Positions 63,112-64,000 of a stretch of DNA of 64,000 bases are shown here, piece after piece (the first letter of the stretch is position 1; the number at the start of each line of letters is the position of its first letter). The notes under the pieces are model-generated. The model saw only the letters and a program-made list of their open reading frames with translations, ran no database searches and was not told where the DNA came from. This DNA is from an uncultured Nitrososphaerota archaeon (GTDB taxonomy: Archaea; Thermoproteota; Nitrososphaeria; Nitrososphaerales; Nitrosopumilaceae). The DNA is taken from positions 320,001 through 384,000 of the forward strand of contig CAWGPD010000004.1 in NCBI GenBank assembly GCA_963824385.1. Direction: 5' to 3'. The position numbers were made by a program, and so were the translations under genes.

Positions 63112-64000
63112 ATGAAAATCAATCTTACCAGAGATGTTTTACAAATAACAGGTATTACACTTTTTATTTTACTATTGACAAACAGTCTAACATTTTCTTC
63201 AAATAATTTTCCACAAGCTAATGGAATGGACGGTCTAGTTCCAAGTCTAGAACCAACTCAGCACATATCATCCAATCCCAATCTTTACGTCTCTGCAGAG
63301 AATCCCTTGTTTAAAAATTATTTTGCAGGTCCTCAAGTAATTGAAGTGATTGTAAATGATCCTGACATAAACAGATTAGATCAGGCCTATGGTGAACCTG
63401 TAGTAACTATCAATGGCAAGAGGTTAAGAATGGCTCAGGGAATAGATGGAAATTGGTATGCATACTTTGCAGATAGAAATCAGGCAATTGCTGCAAGTAA
63501 TACCCAACTTGGTATTACAGGCAAAGGACTCAACTTTGGAGGATTCTGTGATCCTACAAGTACGTTTAGTCCAATGCCTGGTGTGATTTATACTGAAACA
63601 GATGGATTCACGCTAGCAAGAGGTGGATTTGGTTCGGTAAACCATACGTCTACTGTTGTTATAACTTCAAGTAATTTAGGAACATGTACAAATGTCCAAG
63701 GAATATTAACTGCAAATCAAATGGAACATGTAGTTAGACTAAATCAAACTCTTAACTCAAATCCAAGTGGCTTTAATGCAGATAGTACATACTCACAAGT
63801 ATGGCCCATAATCCAATTATTTGATTTCTCTTCAATTCCCTCAGCAGTAATAGTAGACTATCAAAAAAATGGCGGAGATCAAATTGTCAATTTGATATTT
63901 GATAGGATTCCCAAAAATATCATAACGCCAGTAAGCAATAGATCAGATTATCCACAAGGAGCCCAGGTTCAAGCAGATTTGATTGATCCGCAACTTAACA
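63112..64000 (+). CDS. Thaumarchaeal S-layer protein homologue (3'-truncated by window; not in ORF track)
   Basis: Open frame to the window end; signal peptide, then NPNLYVSAENPLFKNYFAGPQVIEVIVNDPDI...GEPVVTINGKRLRMAQGIDGNWYAYFAD, which I recognise as the N-terminal motif of the AOA S-layer protein family. Confidence 0.82.
   Translation, partial: MKINLTRDVLQITGITLFILLLTNSLTFSSNNFPQANGMDGLVPSLEPTQHISSNPNLYVSAENPLFKNYFAGPQVIEVIVNDPDINRLDQAYGEPVVTINGKRLRMAQGIDGNWYAYFADRNQAIAASNTQLGITGKGLNFGGFCDPTSTFSPMPGVIYTETDGFTLARGGFGSVNHTSTVVITSSNLGTCTNVQGILTANQMEHVVRLNQTLNSNPSGFNADSTYSQVWPIIQLFDFSSIPSAVIVDYQKNGGDQIVNLIFDRIPKNIITPVSNRSDYPQGAQVQADLIDPQLN

Overview
AT-rich archaeal chromosome segment. The gene content (PEFG-CTERM surface proteins, an AOA-type S-layer homologue, class I LysRS, cofCDGH, DUF2070/Sec61beta/SUI1 cluster, DUF1512, DPS-like protein) points to an ammonia-oxidising archaeon (Nitrososphaerota/Thaumarchaeota); a Nitrosotalea-like identity is my inference only. 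Most of the window is housekeeping: peptide ABC transporter, F420 synthesis, RNase P RNA, tRNA-Pro(TGG), tsr3, map, purM, elp3, lysS and trxB. About 20 single-base frameshifts split otherwise intact genes and look like sequencing error. Three accessory-looking zones stand out. (i) 24.1-25.8 kb, next to the tRNA-Pro 3' end. (ii) 39.9-46.1 kb: HsdS remnant, cupredoxin/YVTN-propeller surface protein with perfect 135-bp repeats, TPR protein, HTH-CBS regulator, and an orphan terminase-small-subunit-like plus ATPase-only terminase-large-subunit pair with no other viral genes. (iii) 57-64 kb: a signalling cluster with two stand-alone receivers, each followed by a related ~55-nt structured element, a 14-bp inverted repeat bracketing a putative promoter, a UbiA prenyltransferase and an S-layer paralogue. 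Several features absent from the ORF track were read by hand: Sec61beta, rnpB, the tRNA, small ORFs and the S-layer gene. All family assignments come from motif recognition by eye; no searches were run.
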